From Eledone cirrhosa (taxonomy: Eukaryota), in the NCBI GenBank assembly GCA_964016885.1, contig OZ024741.1, forward strand, positions 327,732,001 through 327,796,000: a stretch of DNA of 64,000 nucleotides, given 5' to 3'. Positions 39,333-53,746 of this stretch are shown here, in pieces. The notes under the pieces were generated by a model that was not told where the DNA came from, made no database searches, and saw nothing but the letters and a program-made list of their open reading frames with translations. Numbering within the stretch: position 1 is the stretch's first letter; each line of letters starts with the position of its first letter. Position numbers and translations under genes: made by a program.

Positions 39333-39518
39333 TGGAGCGTTACTGCCCGACGGTTGAGCTCACGCTGTTTCAACGTTGAAGTAGTGGGTATAAACACCCA
39401 CTTCTTCCCAAATATAAAGTACTTAGCCGAACATCGCCTTACAAATCTAAACTAGTTACTCCCAGTCTCTCTCTCGCTCTGTCTCTCTCTCCTCGCTCTC
39501 TCTCTCTCTCTCCATATA

Positions 39519-39621
<103 letters not shown>

Positions 39622-42018
39622 GTATATATTCATATATACATGCGTGTGAGAGTGTATTTATATTCAAAATATCCAATAGTAAAAAGAAAAAAATAACTTT
39701 ACAATATATAGAACAATAATGAGAGGACAGGCTCTGCAGCTGTGTTTCAGCTTCGTGCCACGTATAAGTGGTCGGTCAAGCCGAGATAATTTAGTTACCT
39801 GCGTTGCGGGTGGTGGTAGCCGGGCTTTTGGCCAAACTGACAGGTTTGGGTTGGGTGTTGCGTAAAACGAGTCGCAATATGTTAGACCCCTGATTACAGT
39901 TTTAATTCCCTCGAAAGTGAAAAGGATTATACGTTGCAGAGCTTACCATCACCACGTTCGAGGCCAGTTAGCTTCAGTTATGGCGGAAAGTCGGCTACTT
40001 AGAAACGTCTTATGAATTGTTCCCTAATAAATAAAGGTTAATACTTTCCTAACCACTCTTATTTATAGCGCCCATGTTGATAGCAGTATTTAGTGAATTT
40101 TCAAGCGGATGTTATATAATTTTCCTTAGGTTACATATGACGTGGATGTATTGCATATCTTCTGTATAGAGCTATAAACTACATGGAGCTTTGTAAGCTG
40201 ACCAGTATTCACTGGTGAAAGTGAACAGGTATATCATAAATTATATAAACTAAACTCTGTATTGATCCCTTTAAGGCATGGTACAGGGAGCTGTTCTCTT
40301 CTAAAGCAGAGCGACTTAGCTGTGGGTTTTGTGTTCTTAGCTGAAGCTCAGCATTGGGAGGTCTATCATCAACCTCGTTCCAGCTGTTTCGAATTTGTTT
40401 TGTTTTTTATTCAGCCTTATTGCATCAATGATTGCTTTATACAGCATAACGTGTACTTCCATAATACTAAAAGCGGTATGATGTAGTGTTTTGAGAGTGC
40501 TTTCGTTTTAGTTTGAGCAAATACATCCAGCTTAGAACATTGACACCGGATATTTAACCATTTGTGACAGAATGTGATATTTTAAATGGTACTTCACCTT
40601 AAACATTTATATTTATAATATATCTATCTACATATGTAGACATTTAATCAACCATCTGTAAAGCCGCGAACTTGCAATACATGTTGTCGTAACATACAAA
40701 TCATCCTAATTTGTCTTTTAGTCAGACATATTGTATATATGATTACTTTATATAATTCTCAAAATGGTATGGTAGTGTGTTTTGAGAAGGCAATTGTTTC
40801 AGTTTTAGCAACCACAACCTAGTCCACCCTCTGCCTTCTCTAATAATTGTCAAGTCCACACATTTTCATAAACATAAAAGCATCAAATAAAATGTATCAT
40901 CTTTAACTTGGTATTTCACATTGACTTTTACATTTCAACACTGATCGACCAGACATCGGCTTCGTGGTGCGTAGTGCCTGGAAATACAGATATTAAAAAT
41001 TACCTCAAATAAATCAATATAATTTTCTTTTAATATCGTAACATCACAAACTTTCCATATCATTTAATGCCAAATTACACGTTCAACAACTACAACAACA
41101 GCGATAATCACATTACATTGAACTGCCTTGAGATATATTGTAGATCGATACAGTGATGCAATATTCTCCTACTGTTCCACGTCTATGATGACCTTTCCTA
41201 TATTAACGATACTTTTTGCTCCTGTCAAACTGTAGTTTGATATGAGTCACATCAATTATTTCAGCAGCACGAAAATATATTTTTCCTTTCACAAACGAGA
41301 TAATACAGATAGTGTGGATGCTCCAGCTAATGCTTAATACTCTGTAACTTACAGTCTGACAGCTGTCTAAATTGGCGTATAGTAAGGTACACTATAAATC
41401 TCCCGTTATCTGTGTAGATAATGGGTTTAATATCTTGTCACAACTATTGATATCTGTCCAATTCCTCTTCAACTCCGACACAGCCTGTTTGATGTCGCTC
41501 ACGTGCAGAATTTATATCCCAGAATGAAAAAAGAAATGGTGCCATAATAATCTGCAACTAAGTGTACGCCATCTGTTAAATCCTGGTTTTACTATCACGT
41601 TTAGCACTTTGACACTTGATGTTTAACCCTTTATGACAAAATGTGATATTTAAGAGAGTACTTTACCTTAAACATCTATATTTACAATGTATGTGTTTCT
41701 ACATATGTAGACATTTAATCAAACATTTGCAAGACCGAGAAATTGCAAACTATTTTGGCGTGACATTCTAATTACACTGAGGTTCTTACAAATCGGCTGA
41801 ACAAATATAGGCTTAGAAGTCAAAATGATTGATGAGCGTGGCTTGTATAGCACACATTGAATAGTACAAATAAGAGCGACTACATAGAAGAAATATAATA
41901 ACTATCCGAACGTAGATACAAATGTTCTAAATATGAAGTAAATACATGAAATGAATAGTCGGAAAATGGTGATTTTATTATCAAGAACCTATCTAATAGA
42001 GTTTCATATTTAATCATC

Positions 42019-42128
42019 AATGGAAAAAAATGAAACGAAATTTCATTTCTCACTCTTAGTACGGCTGATACTTAAATATAAGTATGTATACGTACATACA
42101 GTAGTATGTATATATGTATACATACATG

Positions 42129-42185
<57 letters not shown>

Positions 42186-42567
42186 GTATGGGTTTACCGA
42201 ACATTTATTATAATGTTCGGCTTGTTTGTAAACAAACAGCCCGAATTAAGCCGTACAGTGTTCGGCAACCATCGTTCCTTTTTGTTCAACACTGACAAAG
42301 GAACGATGAACTAGTTTCAAGCTTATTAGTTATCGTCAGCATTGTATACCTTCCTGTCAGATGATTGAACGTTTGAAAGTAGATACTTTCCTGATGCATA
42401 TTAACGACTGAGGAGCCTAATTTGCATATCGAGTGAGTTAGTCGGCCGGACGTACCGAAAACGATAAATGGAAAAAAATGAAACGAAATTTCATTTCTCA
42501 CTCTTAGTACGACTGATATTTAAATATAATATGTATAGGTACATACATATATGTATACAGACGTACC
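42019..42567 (-). mobile_element. Second locus of the ORF-less HHR repeat, ~1.2 units, different permutation
   Basis: AATGGAAAAAAATGAAACGAAATTTCATTT at 42019 and 42467. HHR on minus at 42303-42345. Confidence 0.82.
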
Positions 42568-43079
42568 TTGGTGGGATTTGAACTCAGATAATAAAGGGGC
42601 GTAACTCTGTGCTGCAAATCATAGCGTCCGCCCCTCTACTTATACTGTCAATCCACCGCCATCAATTAAACTAATAATATGACGCGTACGTGAGCGCATG
42701 TGACTTAATGTTTATGATGCTTAGTTCCTGAGCATAATGACGTGGTTATTGCCGGCGTGTTGTGTCCTTCAGCAAGACACATTCTTTCACGTTGCCTCAG
42801 TCAACTCAACTGGCAAAAATAAGAAGATCAGTAATCGTCGAAACTGACGGAGGTCAATCACTTAGAATATGTGTGAGAACACAAATGATATTCAATGAAG
42901 ACAGACATGTCAAAAATAAAATAGATTTACGTACGTTCTGTTATGTGATATCACAGTCTTGCTAAAATTCTCTTAAAACTCACACTAGGGTTCACACGAA
43001 CTTTGTTAAATACATAAAATATTTTGGTATATACAGAAACACCAGCATGAAAATCTGTCATACATTGTATACGCTATCT

Positions 43080-43545
43080 AGGCGGTTTTTTTATGTGTTA
43101 TGGCTATGGTAAAAGAGGTTATATGGTGGACGAGGTTAAAAGGGCTGAGGTCAGAAACTTTTCCCTCCGGCGACTGATTCGTTTTTTCAAATATCATTTT
43201 GGAAGAAGAATCAGGATGGAAAGAGACCCCAGCAAATTTTATAAAAGGTGGGTGAATGTGGCAAAGATGGCCCGAGTGGTTGGGCCTTCTCTCTATATAA
43301 GCCTGTAGGTTGAGGAAAAAGAGGAAGAGAGGAGGGGAGTACTCACTCTTGGTGCTCCTGGAGATAAGGGTTGTACATTTTTTTCGGGTTGTGTACAACA
43401 CCTTTGTAACAACTCCCCCCTATTGGGGATTTCAATTGTTATTTGTTATTGTATTAATAGTTTTATTTTCATATACCTGTATGTAAACTCCCCATTTGTA
43501 TTTGTTCCCTTCTTTTGTGCCCTTGTGGCTAATAAAGAAATTTAT
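43080..43545 (+). mobile_element. 5'-truncated Tx1/L1 3' fragment
   Basis: ORF2 tail FYKRWVNVAKMARV. 3' end CCCTTGTGGCTAATAAAGAAA. Confidence 0.82.
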
Positions 43546-43599
43546 CTATAATTGAATGCACCCAGGCGTTCACATTCCTCTGTCAAGCGGGCATGGCAA

Positions 43600-44505
43600 T
43601 CGGTGGAGACTCCACTTCGACATTCTATAGAGGGTTAGTACTTTACAGTGCGAAGAAGTGCTCGGGGAGACTCTAGCCGTCGAAGACGACGAGCTCACCA
43701 GTCTGTTCGTTAGGACTTTCCGCACTGGGACCTATGGACAACTTCCAGAGGTCTCTGGCCTGGCAGTGCTACCTAGGAGCTCTACCCATTCGAAATAAGA
43801 TCTACAGGCACGGACGCCCCGGCAGGGGTCCTTCCAAGAGGACGTGTCCAAGATGAGAGCAGGACATTGAAACCGTCTTGCACGCAATTGTACACTGCCA
43901 GGGCGTAAGCGACCTGTGGAACTATGAAGAACAACTGCTGTCGCGTATGGGACAAATCCAGTTGACTGCCGATCCATATTAAGGATCAAACCGCCAGCCT
44001 CTTTCAAAAACGAAAGAGAGGCGGTTTTCCTCTGTACAGTGGCTATGGTGAAAGAAGTTATATGGTGGACGAGATTGAGAAGACTGAGGACAGATGCCTT
44101 TCTCTCCGGACAACAATTGATGCCCATTCTTTAAGTATCACTTTAGAAGAAGAATCAGAGTGGAGAGAGAGGCACTGCACCCAAGCAAATTTACTGAAAG
44201 GTGGGTGAATGAAGCAAAAGTTGCCCGAGTGATTGGGCCTTCTCTGTTTATAAGCCTATATGTTAAAGAAGAGGGCAAAAGGAAGAAGGGAGCACTTGCA
44301 CAACACGCTCCTGAAGTTGAGGGTTGTTCTATCGACGGGGTATTAAACAACCCATTTGTGGCGTTTCCCCTCTATTGGGGATTTCGATTGTTATAATTGT
44401 TTGTTTTATTTTTTTTTTTACGCGACTCTCTGTAAAATCCCCGGCATGTGTCTTTGTATTGTCCCCTTTTCTTGTGCGCCCTTGTGGCAAATAAAGAAAC
44501 ATATC
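43600..44505 (+). mobile_element. 5'-truncated Tx1/L1 3' fragment
   Basis: FTERWVNEAKVARV, decayed CCHC region, 3' end CCCTTGTGGCAAATAAAGAAACAT. Confidence 0.85.
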
Positions 44506-45551
44506 TATCTATATATTTATCTATCTGTCTATATATTTTTTCTATCTATCCATTTATCCATCCATCTATGTATCTATCTATCTGCCTTTCTGTCTTACAC
44601 TTTCACCATTTACTATCATTCTTCCTCTCTTTGCTGCCCTGACATATTTATAACATCAACGTACACAACGAAAATAAATATGCAGGCAAAACTTTTTATA
44701 AAAGTTATACAGTAAGTTATAATTATTACACCCCTCCCTCATACTTGTGTATAATTATTCAACGCAATGAATGCGGACGTTGACGTATGAATGTATGAAC
44801 GTTCTAGTTTTTTAATTTCACAAATGTTTGCCAATAGAGAGAGAGAGAGAGAGAGAGTCGGTTTCTAACATAGATACAAGACTCTCCCATTGGAATTTAC
44901 ATAACATCAACTAGGTAGATATGTGTGCATGTCCGCATGCATGCATGTGTGTGTAGGTATGGGTGTTATTGTATGTATATATGTATGTATGTATCTGTAT
45001 ATGTGTGAAAGTATGTATGTATGTTCTTCTGGTTTAAATAATTTCACAAAGTTTTACCAATAGAGAGAGAGTCGGTTTCTAACATAGACACAAGACTCAA
45101 CTAGGTAGATATGTATGTATGCATGTGTAGATATGGATGTTATTGTATGTGTGGATGTGGATGTTTTGAGTTGTATGGATGCATGTGTATATGCTTTGCA
45201 TGCATCTGTACATGTGTATATGCATTTATTAGATGCAAAATGTATGTGTATATGCAGTTATTAGATGCAAAATGTATCTATGTATACAAGTTTGCTGGTG
45301 TCAATGTATGTATGTAACTATGTATATATGTATGCCTTTGTGTGAATATATAAGTGCGTGCGTGTGTATATATATACTTTTTGTTTCTATCCCTAATAAA
45401 GCCTGGCAATTCATTTTTGTAACATCTGCAATTATAGCAGTAGTTGCGCGAAAAAATAAGCGAGTCGCTAAGGGGGGAATCCATGAATATTTCTTTAAAG
45501 GAAACTTCTATTTTAATGAACTAAACGGAAATAAAGATAATATGATAATGA

Positions 45552-47535
45552 TAATGTTTTCTTTATTAGCCTCAAGGGTTTACAAAATGATAACATTATG
45601 GACAGTACAAGAGGGTACAAATGACGTTTTCTGCGTTTAAAAAGAAACACAAAAGAATGTAACAAAAGAAAATTCCTCAGTAGAGGGTGGGAAGACTTCT
45701 GAGGAGAAAGTCCTCAAAAATCCACAGTCACTCTGATAGCCAGGGCAATTGCCCTCTCCCAGGAGTCCTCCTTCAATCTATAGGCACACACTCAGAGCAT
45801 ACCAATTCACGCGCACTATTCTCGCCTCTTTCACCCATCTGTCAACAAAGTGGAACCTGAAAAGGTTAATCAGGGCTTCGTGAAAGAAAAAAGTGCCCGT
45901 CTGCAGCCCTTTTAGACGCACCAACATATGATCGCTTTCCACATTGCCACAAACCAGACAAAAACAGCTTGCCCTTCCTGGCTAAAAGGGGCAGTCGGGA
46001 GATCTTTACGATGGGATCATTTGATAGTCGCATCCACCCTACAAAGGACAGCAGGTGTTCCAAATATGCCCAAGAGCCAGCAAAGTTCGGACACTGGCAA
46101 GATTTCTCAGTAGCACTTCCACGCCGTTATTTCTGGAAATTATCCAAGGGCTAGGAACCGAAAGTGCTGTGGAAAAGAATGGCTAGTTGATTTTCGTCGA
46201 CGCACAGAGTTTCCACAAGGATGTCATCGTTTTACCCATCATTAATACTATTTAGAATGCCGAGGTGGTTTATACACAGATCGTAGTGCTCGATTCACTG
46301 AGGGCTGTGAATGCTTGAAGACTTTCTAGACTTAGACTACCCCCATCCCCTCTGTTTCCGCTTGACCCAGGACTGCAGCTCCGTCAAAGAGGCGTGCTAG
46401 GAAAAAGAACGTGCCTGGCGAATGCCGACCGCACCTGTTCACCGTTCAGAAAAAAGCTGCAGAAGTCGGAGCCTCAGCACATGTCCTCGCATCATCAGCA
46501 ACGACATGCCCAGTTTTCCATGCAGCGGTAGTTGACAGCAGATGAACAGCTTCGCCTGTGGAACCTGTCCTTTCCTCGAGAAGTTGAGGAGCAGATGCTC
46601 CAATTTAGTGACCCACGGACCTGGAAAAGGCACGACGGTTAGGTAGTAGAAGATGACGGACGCGTTGTACGCCTTAGCCACCTCCACCCGTCCTTTCAAG
46701 GGTAGCTTCAACTCGTCCCAGATGATGTTCGTCTGGAGGTCCGGAACAAAAAAGACTCTGAGCACGATGACTCTGTTGGAAGGCATGCACCTGCCTCTCT
46801 AGGTGCCGAGCTGCAGGCCCACCGACCTTCTCTGGTTAACCTTTGCACCACCTCATAATCTCCAGTCACCGCCTCATAATCTTTCAGAGCAGAGCCGATC
46901 GCGTCGATATGTTTGGCAATCGAAACAACTTCGGTGCCATCATCAGCATAAGCTGCCACGGTTCTCCCGCATCCTAGTTCGCAGGTAATGCTCATCCAGT
47001 TTGTTCGGTAATGGTTTTAGTCAATACGTGCAACAGGAATGAGAGAGGACAAACTTGGCGAACCGAGCACATGACGTTGAACGGTTTAGAAAGGTGACCG
47101 TTTTCTCTCGTAGGAGAGTAGATGTCGCTCTCCATCTCAGCAACCCACCCTTTCAAAATGGGTCAAAGGCCGACAGCCCTGATGACCGCCGCCAGGTATC
47201 GATGTTTGACCCTATCGAATGCGTTCGATTGACCTAAGTTAATCAGGGCCCCAAATGTGCCGTGTGCCTAAGCTACCCTCTCAATGATGTATAGCATGAG
47301 GTGGCATGTTGTTGTTCGTGTTATTGCTGTTGCCATGTGTGTGGTCGTTATTGTCTGTGTTACTGTTATGTTTGTTGTTTTCTTCTGATAAATTAATTGT
47401 TGCATTGTTGACGGGGATTTTCTTGTTGATACTGTTATTCATGTTGTTGTTACTGCTGTCGTTGTCCATATGTTTATACTTTGTGCCTCGCGGTTTACGT
47501 GTTGGGGTTAAGTTTGATTTGTTGTTTCAGTTATT
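45552..47535 (-). mobile_element. Decayed, multiply deleted Tx1/L1 copy
   Basis: AYADD at 46939-46953, LKGRVEVAKAYNASVIFYYLTVVP, shared 3' UTR, Asn-rich ORF1-like piece at 47290-47535. Confidence 0.88.
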
Positions 47536-47539
47536 GTCG

Positions 47540-48420
47540 TGATACTTTGCTGATCTCCTAAACCCGATCGAGGTGTATCTGGGAGAGGTGACTAATTTCT
47601 CGGAAGCTGAGGTCACAAGAGCAGTTAAAAAGCTGGGAAGATGACCCGCTGGAGAAAATCGCCCAATATATTAAAGCCTTAAATAGAAAAGTTATTTCTG
47701 GCTGACTCGTGTGTGTCGGGTGACATGGATTTCTGCAAAGGTACTTAAACAATGGCAATTGGGTGTGATAATCACAATATTACAAAAAGAAGACAAGAAA
47801 AAGTGTTCCAATTACAGAGGAAAGTCCTAGTTAAGTTTTCCGGTAAGGGTTAGGCTAAGTGTCTGGAAAAGAAATGCCGAGAGATTGCCGAGTCTAAGCT
47901 AGCCGATTAAAAATGCGGTCATTGCCCTGGACGCTGCACAACCGACCAAATATTCATACTGCGGCAGGTCGTCGGTAAATTCTGGTAGTATTGCCAAAAG
48001 ATATATTCTTGTTTTGTAAGCCTCGAAAAGACATATGAATGCATTCTTCTGGTCTTGCTGTGGAGGTTTTCCACGAGTATGAGACCGATGGTCAGATTCT
48101 TGATGCCTAATGTCAATACGAATGCCCGAGTATTTGTGCTCGAATAAATGGTGTTAAATTGAAACCATTCAATGTGGGAGTCTGAATACACCATAGTACA
48201 GACTGTCATCTCTCCATTATTTTCATGAATAGGATTGACATGCGTAGCCGGGTTGGAAGTGGTGTCTTTACTGCTGGGGTAAAATCAGTCGGCTGAAATT
48301 TGCAGACGACATGGTATTCCTTAACTTGACAGAAGGTGACATTCGACTGAAAATAACAGGATACAACTTGTCGGTTTAGTTGATCTCTTACGATATTGCA
48401 TCTCGTTGAATGTTTCGAGG
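47540..48420 (+). pseudogene. Highly decayed RTE-clade RT fragment
   Basis: Frameshifted QWQLGVII, CSNYRG, KCLEKKCREIAESKL, PGRCTTDQIFILRQ. Confidence 0.7.
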
Positions 48421-50019
48421 ACATTTAAATGATAGGGTGCCCGAAAAGCTACCATAAAGAGAAAATAGCAATGAAGTATCATGCTCAATAATATAATCCC
48501 TGCCCCTGCCCGGATTTCGAACTCACGATCTTGTGAATTTTGTTCCAAACCCTAATCACTAGACAGTGTGTCTCCACAGTATATTAGCAGAGCTTCATTA
48601 ATTTATTATGTCCCTTCTCTACCAATTCTAGGTTTATGAAAACGTTACAAACCATGCGTACTAAAACATCCACTGAATTGTTAGAGAACCGTAGTATATG
48701 TATTTAAGTTAAAAAGCTATGTCATGTCAGGCGACTGCCTGCTACTGGGACTTGTAACCTAGTACAACCTGGTCAAGTGGTCGCTGAATAAACCGGCTCC
48801 CCCCGCCAGACCCTGGTCTGTTTAGGAGGGTAAATGGTACCCCAGCAGCAAAAAATGCAAGAACTATTAAAAGGTTGGATTCATTCCTCAGAGTCAACAA
48901 CGCCCATCCACTACATCTATAGGTTAAATATCGTCACCAACCTCTAATTGGCTAAGCCTGGTGAGTACTGCTATATACCAGACATGACCGAAACCAAACA
49001 GAAAGTGATGGAGGTAAACCATGGAGGGGTTCCTTTTTCAGGAGTAAGAAGACTTGGATTGGATTGAAATTAAATTTATTTTCGACTCGGCTATAATATT
49101 TCACTGTTTCTCTGGCGTATGGTTTTAAGAACATGTGTTGTTGCAGTTGTTTAGTTCCATCTCAATCCACAGAGTTCACTGTATGTTCAACGGCATTAGA
49201 AATATAATCAGCATGGCTTTTAGATGTAGCTTGAAATATATTTTCCAAAGGACCATCCTGTCCTTAATTGTGCCAGTCAGAAAAGAGCGATTAAGACTAT
49301 ATTATAGTTGCTATTTCTAACATATCGATCAATATGCAGAAAGATATGTAAACATATAGTCAGATTTTGTGAGAAATCTATATTATCAATATTTAATGTT
49401 CATATAACTATTTTTTAGGTTGATTTAACAAGTAATACACTTTGTAAATATTATCTAAAATGTATCAGAAATATAATTTCTTTCTCGACTATTTTGGATA
49501 AAGAAACATTTATAGACGTTTCTAAAAGCTTATAAGTCACATGATTTTACTTACGTACATATTTTATATATACATATATTTTTTCAATTATATTCTATCA
49601 CAAGCGATTAACGTTTGTCATGGTGTAAAATTCTCATGGGTAATACCGAAGGTGCAATCACCGGAGAAAACATCTTTGAAAACTATATTCTTTGTTATAC
49701 ACTTGTCATAATATCTATCTTTCGAGTTGTTATCTATTATTTTAGTCTTTATTTAGTCGTTAGTCAAATCGTAAACAATCTTCAGCATCAAAAGATATTG
49801 AAGCACAATCTCTCTATATAATATTATTCTTACCATGGTATGACAACATACAGAAAGAAATTCTAATATGATGTAATATATTTTTATTTTTCTAATAACA
49901 AAAGATACATGTACCTGGAATATGCAGCCATAGTCAGAGTGAAGCATATAACATAGCTCTCCATTAAGCTCTGAATAATATGAGTAAATATATAAATTAA
50001 AAAATCTAAAGTCTGTAAT

Positions 50020-50296
50020 GAGCTTGGAGGTTCATCAGGCCAGTGCTTCTCCCGGTTTCCGTGGTGTAAAGCGAATGGGAGTACACGACTCCCTCCTGGA
50101 GAGGACGCCAGGCCATCGCAAGGGTAAACCCCCAGCTAATGCTGGTACTCATTTTCAACTGACTATACTTGAGCAGCATGAATTGAAGTACTTTTCCCAA
50201 GACACAGCACGCAAACAAGAATAAGAATCGAACCCATGACATTATAATCGTAAGTCCAACATCCCAACAGCCTTACTTCTAGGCCACGTGCCTCCA
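50020..50296 (-). mobile_element. tRNA-derived SINE with V-like domain
   Basis: A/B boxes and GCGATGGCCTGGCGTCCTCTCCAGG...CACGGAAACCGGG. A paralog lies at 61884-62110 (+). Confidence 0.7.
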
Positions 50297-50322
50297 CTGC
50301 ATACATAAACATAAATGCACAA

Positions 50323-50359
<37 letters not shown>

Positions 50360-50986
50360 CACTGTTGAGTCGACTGAGTGAAATGCTTAGAAAATATAGC
50401 ACGTCTTGAACGCAAGAATATAGCCGTGAAAACCGGGTAATATAGCCATATAGATGAAACAATTGGTCAGCAGCTGCTACTGATATTCGATCTCTGAACC
50501 TCTCAATTACCTTTTGGGTTTTCTGTGCTAAACGACCCCGGCCGAAATTTAACGATTTGAATATAAGCTCAATATCAGGTTTTCGATGTGACACCATTTG
50601 TAGATAAACGGCGGTGCGTTGGGTGAGTTGGAATTCTTAGCAAATATAGCCAATCTCAAACGCGGGAAAATAGCTGTAAATGCAGATAAGAAAACCGGGT
50701 TAAAATACTCTTATAGACGGAAAAAGAGGTCAACAGCCGGTACAGAGAGTTGAAATCTGAACCGTTTTAATTCTTACAGATATAGTATATATATATTCAC
50801 AGTTTGAATTATCCAAACCTTACCTAAGGTTTCATAGACATAAGCATGTCTAAATCTTATCTCTGTTAATCTGCAAGATTTCGAGGTTCTGAAACCTCGG
50901 CTAATAGTAAACAAAATCTAAACAGAAACAGTATGAAAGTATGAAGTTCCAAATCATCTGTTGAGTTATCTTCGTTTGTACAGACA

Positions 50987-51052
<66 letters not shown>

Positions 51053-51415
51053 CTCAGAAAAAGTATAACGATAATCCCAGAACCCATAGACAAAACTATA
51101 ACCCTACTAACAAAAACCGAAGATTCCCCAACACAAGACAGGACCCGATCCTCAGATCACAACCCACACACAGCCTATTCCAAAACCGTAGACCCCTGCC
51201 CACACAGAGCCTGTACCAAAATCGTAGATCCCAACCCACACAAAGGAACACAATCTACAACCCGGACTATCAATAAACCGAAACTCAATACGTCCGAAAC
51301 TTCTATACAAGACCACACAACAACAAGAGAAATGCCATTGGATATAATAATACCATTGAAAAAACATTCCAGAAAAATCCTTTTTTAACCAAGGCTACAG
51401 AACCCACGACACCCG

Positions 51416-52920
51416 GTGGTACAAACCAATCTTGAAAAACCGAAAATAATCAACCTTTCAAATACAAACCTGTCAGCCCAACGAGTAAAAATTCTCTCCA
51501 AAGGACTGAAATTCACACCAACACAACAATGCTCTAACTTCGATGAGATAAATGACGATATCTCACACTTCAGTAGAAAATTACGTCTCACAGAGGAATT
51601 CTTTGACAAGGAGAATAATGACCAATCAATTGTACGGAATAAAAGCAGCTACACCACAACAAAAGGTAGAAACAGAGTTCTGGACAAATTTTGTGACCAC
51701 ATAGCTACTTTCCCATACCATGAACTACCGCAACCTAAACCCAAACCCAACACGAGTCGAAGGGATTGGGAGATTATCCATGAACTAAAAAGCAATACGG
51801 ACATTATAATTAAGGAAGCGGACAATGGAAGTACTGTTGTCAATATGGATGCTGAAAAATATAAAAATTCTATGTTCTCTCTCTTACAAAATACTAATTA
51901 CTATGAAAGAGTAAAAAACTACCTTTACGGATTTCCGAAGATCCACAAGTGTAAAATAATTAACGAAGCCTGTAAACAATCCACGTCAGCCTTCGCGAAC
52001 ACACAATACACCACAGACCTTAAATTAAGACCAATTGTAGCGGGCTCACAATGTGAAACACACAGACTGAGCAACTTTATAAACATACTACTAAAACCAA
52101 TTCTCAAACACATACCAAGACTTGTAAGAGGCGATCTGAACTTCTTAAACCACCTCCCCAAACATGTCCACAACGACACTATTATTGTGTCTTTCGATGT
52201 AGTGAATCTCTACACAACGATCCCACACCAATACGGATTAGAAGCAATAGGATTCTGGCTAGAGAAATATCCCAATGAAATACCTGGCAGAATAGAAAAA
52301 AGCTTCATCACAGAGGGATTAAAATCTATCTTACAGAACAACTTTTTTTTATTTCGATGGCAGTACTTACAAGCAAATATCGGGGACTGCGATGGATACA
52401 AAAGGCGCTCCAACTTATGCCAACTTTGTCATGGCATACTTATAAGTCCAGATATATGAACAGTCCAAATCAAAATACAGATTGAACTTCCACAAATACT
52501 TATCAGAGAATTGGAAACGCTATTGGATGATTGTCTCATTCTTTGGCCCCACACACTCGACCAACTGAATGATTTCAAAAACTTAATAAACGGCATCAAT
52601 AACCACATCCAATTCACAATGGAATACAACCAAGATCAACTCCTATTTCTGGACATCTTAATCTTAAAAAAAGTCACAGATATTGAAACTGACATACACT
52701 ACAAACCAACAGATTCCAAACAATACCTGCTATTCACCTCCAACGATCCAAAGCACACGAAGACAAACATTCCTTTTAACCTAGCAAGAAGAATTTGCAC
52801 AATTGTGCAATTATGAAACGCGAAATAAAAGACTTCAAAAATTAAAGGAAATTCTACTCGAAGACAGTACCCACCATTACTAATAAATAATGGAATAGAA
52901 AGGGCTAAAGCAATAGGCAT
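51416..52920 (+). pseudogene. PLE reverse transcriptase, frameshifted
   Basis: IINLS, LSKGLKFTPT, IKEADNG, YGFPKIHK, LRPIVAG, SFDVVNLYTTIP, GTAMD...APTYAN, LDD, FLDILI, YKPTDSKQYL, NIPFNLARRI. Confidence 0.9.
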
Positions 52921-53639
52921 TGATGAATAAGGAAAACAGATACAAATTCAAGGTACGTCCAATATTCTATCATATATCTCAACACACAGACCAAGAAACT
53001 CCAGCCCCCAATTATACTAATAAAATCACTTTCCTACACATATACACACACACAAAATATATATATTCTCTCCATCTTAACATACTCCCCCCCCCCCCCC
53101 CCACACACACACACTTATAACACCCATATACACACACACATAACTCCCTCCCCCATTTCTACTAATAGAATCATCTTCCTATACATACACACACACACAC
53201 ACAAATAAACATACATATCTTTACTTTCTTTATGTCAATAGAAAATCTGAATTCTGACACACCAGCGAACTAACCATATTCACTGAACCAGAACAATTCT
53301 CCCATCACATTTCTCTTGACCATTATATTTTGCTTGTCATAAAACTCTCTAAAAGGCTACAAAATAAATTCCCAAATACGGGCGCGAAATTTAATGAACT
53401 TGTTCACGTGAGAGTTATAATTTCATTTATAACCAATCAAATTATATTTATTTAAAAAAAAGCCTTCGTGAGCCACTTTTTTTAAAGTAAAAAGAAATTC
53501 AACCAAACATACGCGAAAGCTGATATACTTATTCACGTGACTACATCAACCAACCAAACTTCACTCATATATGAAAAAACAACCTGCTATATTCACTGAA
53601 CCAGAAACATTCTCCCATTCCATTTCTCTTGACCATTAT

Positions 53640-53746
53640 CCCGCCGAGGTTAACTTTGCCTTTCATCCTTACGGGGTCGATAAAATAAAGTACCAGTAAT
53701 ACACTGGAATAATTGCTGGCCTTGTGCCAAGAGTAGAAACAATTAT
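53640..53746 (+). mobile_element. 5'-truncated SINE inserted in PLE 3' UTR
   Basis: Family core present, absent from the sister duplicate, flanked by ATTATC. Confidence 0.85.

Noticed and set aside
39947-40980. Possible host exons on minus (39947-40024; acceptor at ~40978)
   Set aside because: Splice-like signals exist, but all frames stop quickly and no protein family is recognisable.
48725-48850. Possible HDV-like ribozyme at an RTE 5' end
   Set aside because: GC-rich and suggestive, but I could not assign the nested double pseudoknot by eye.
51150-51250. 36-bp and 33-bp (30522) tandem repeats as CRISPR-like arrays
   Set aside because: No unique spacers, only 2-3 degenerate units, eukaryotic TE context.
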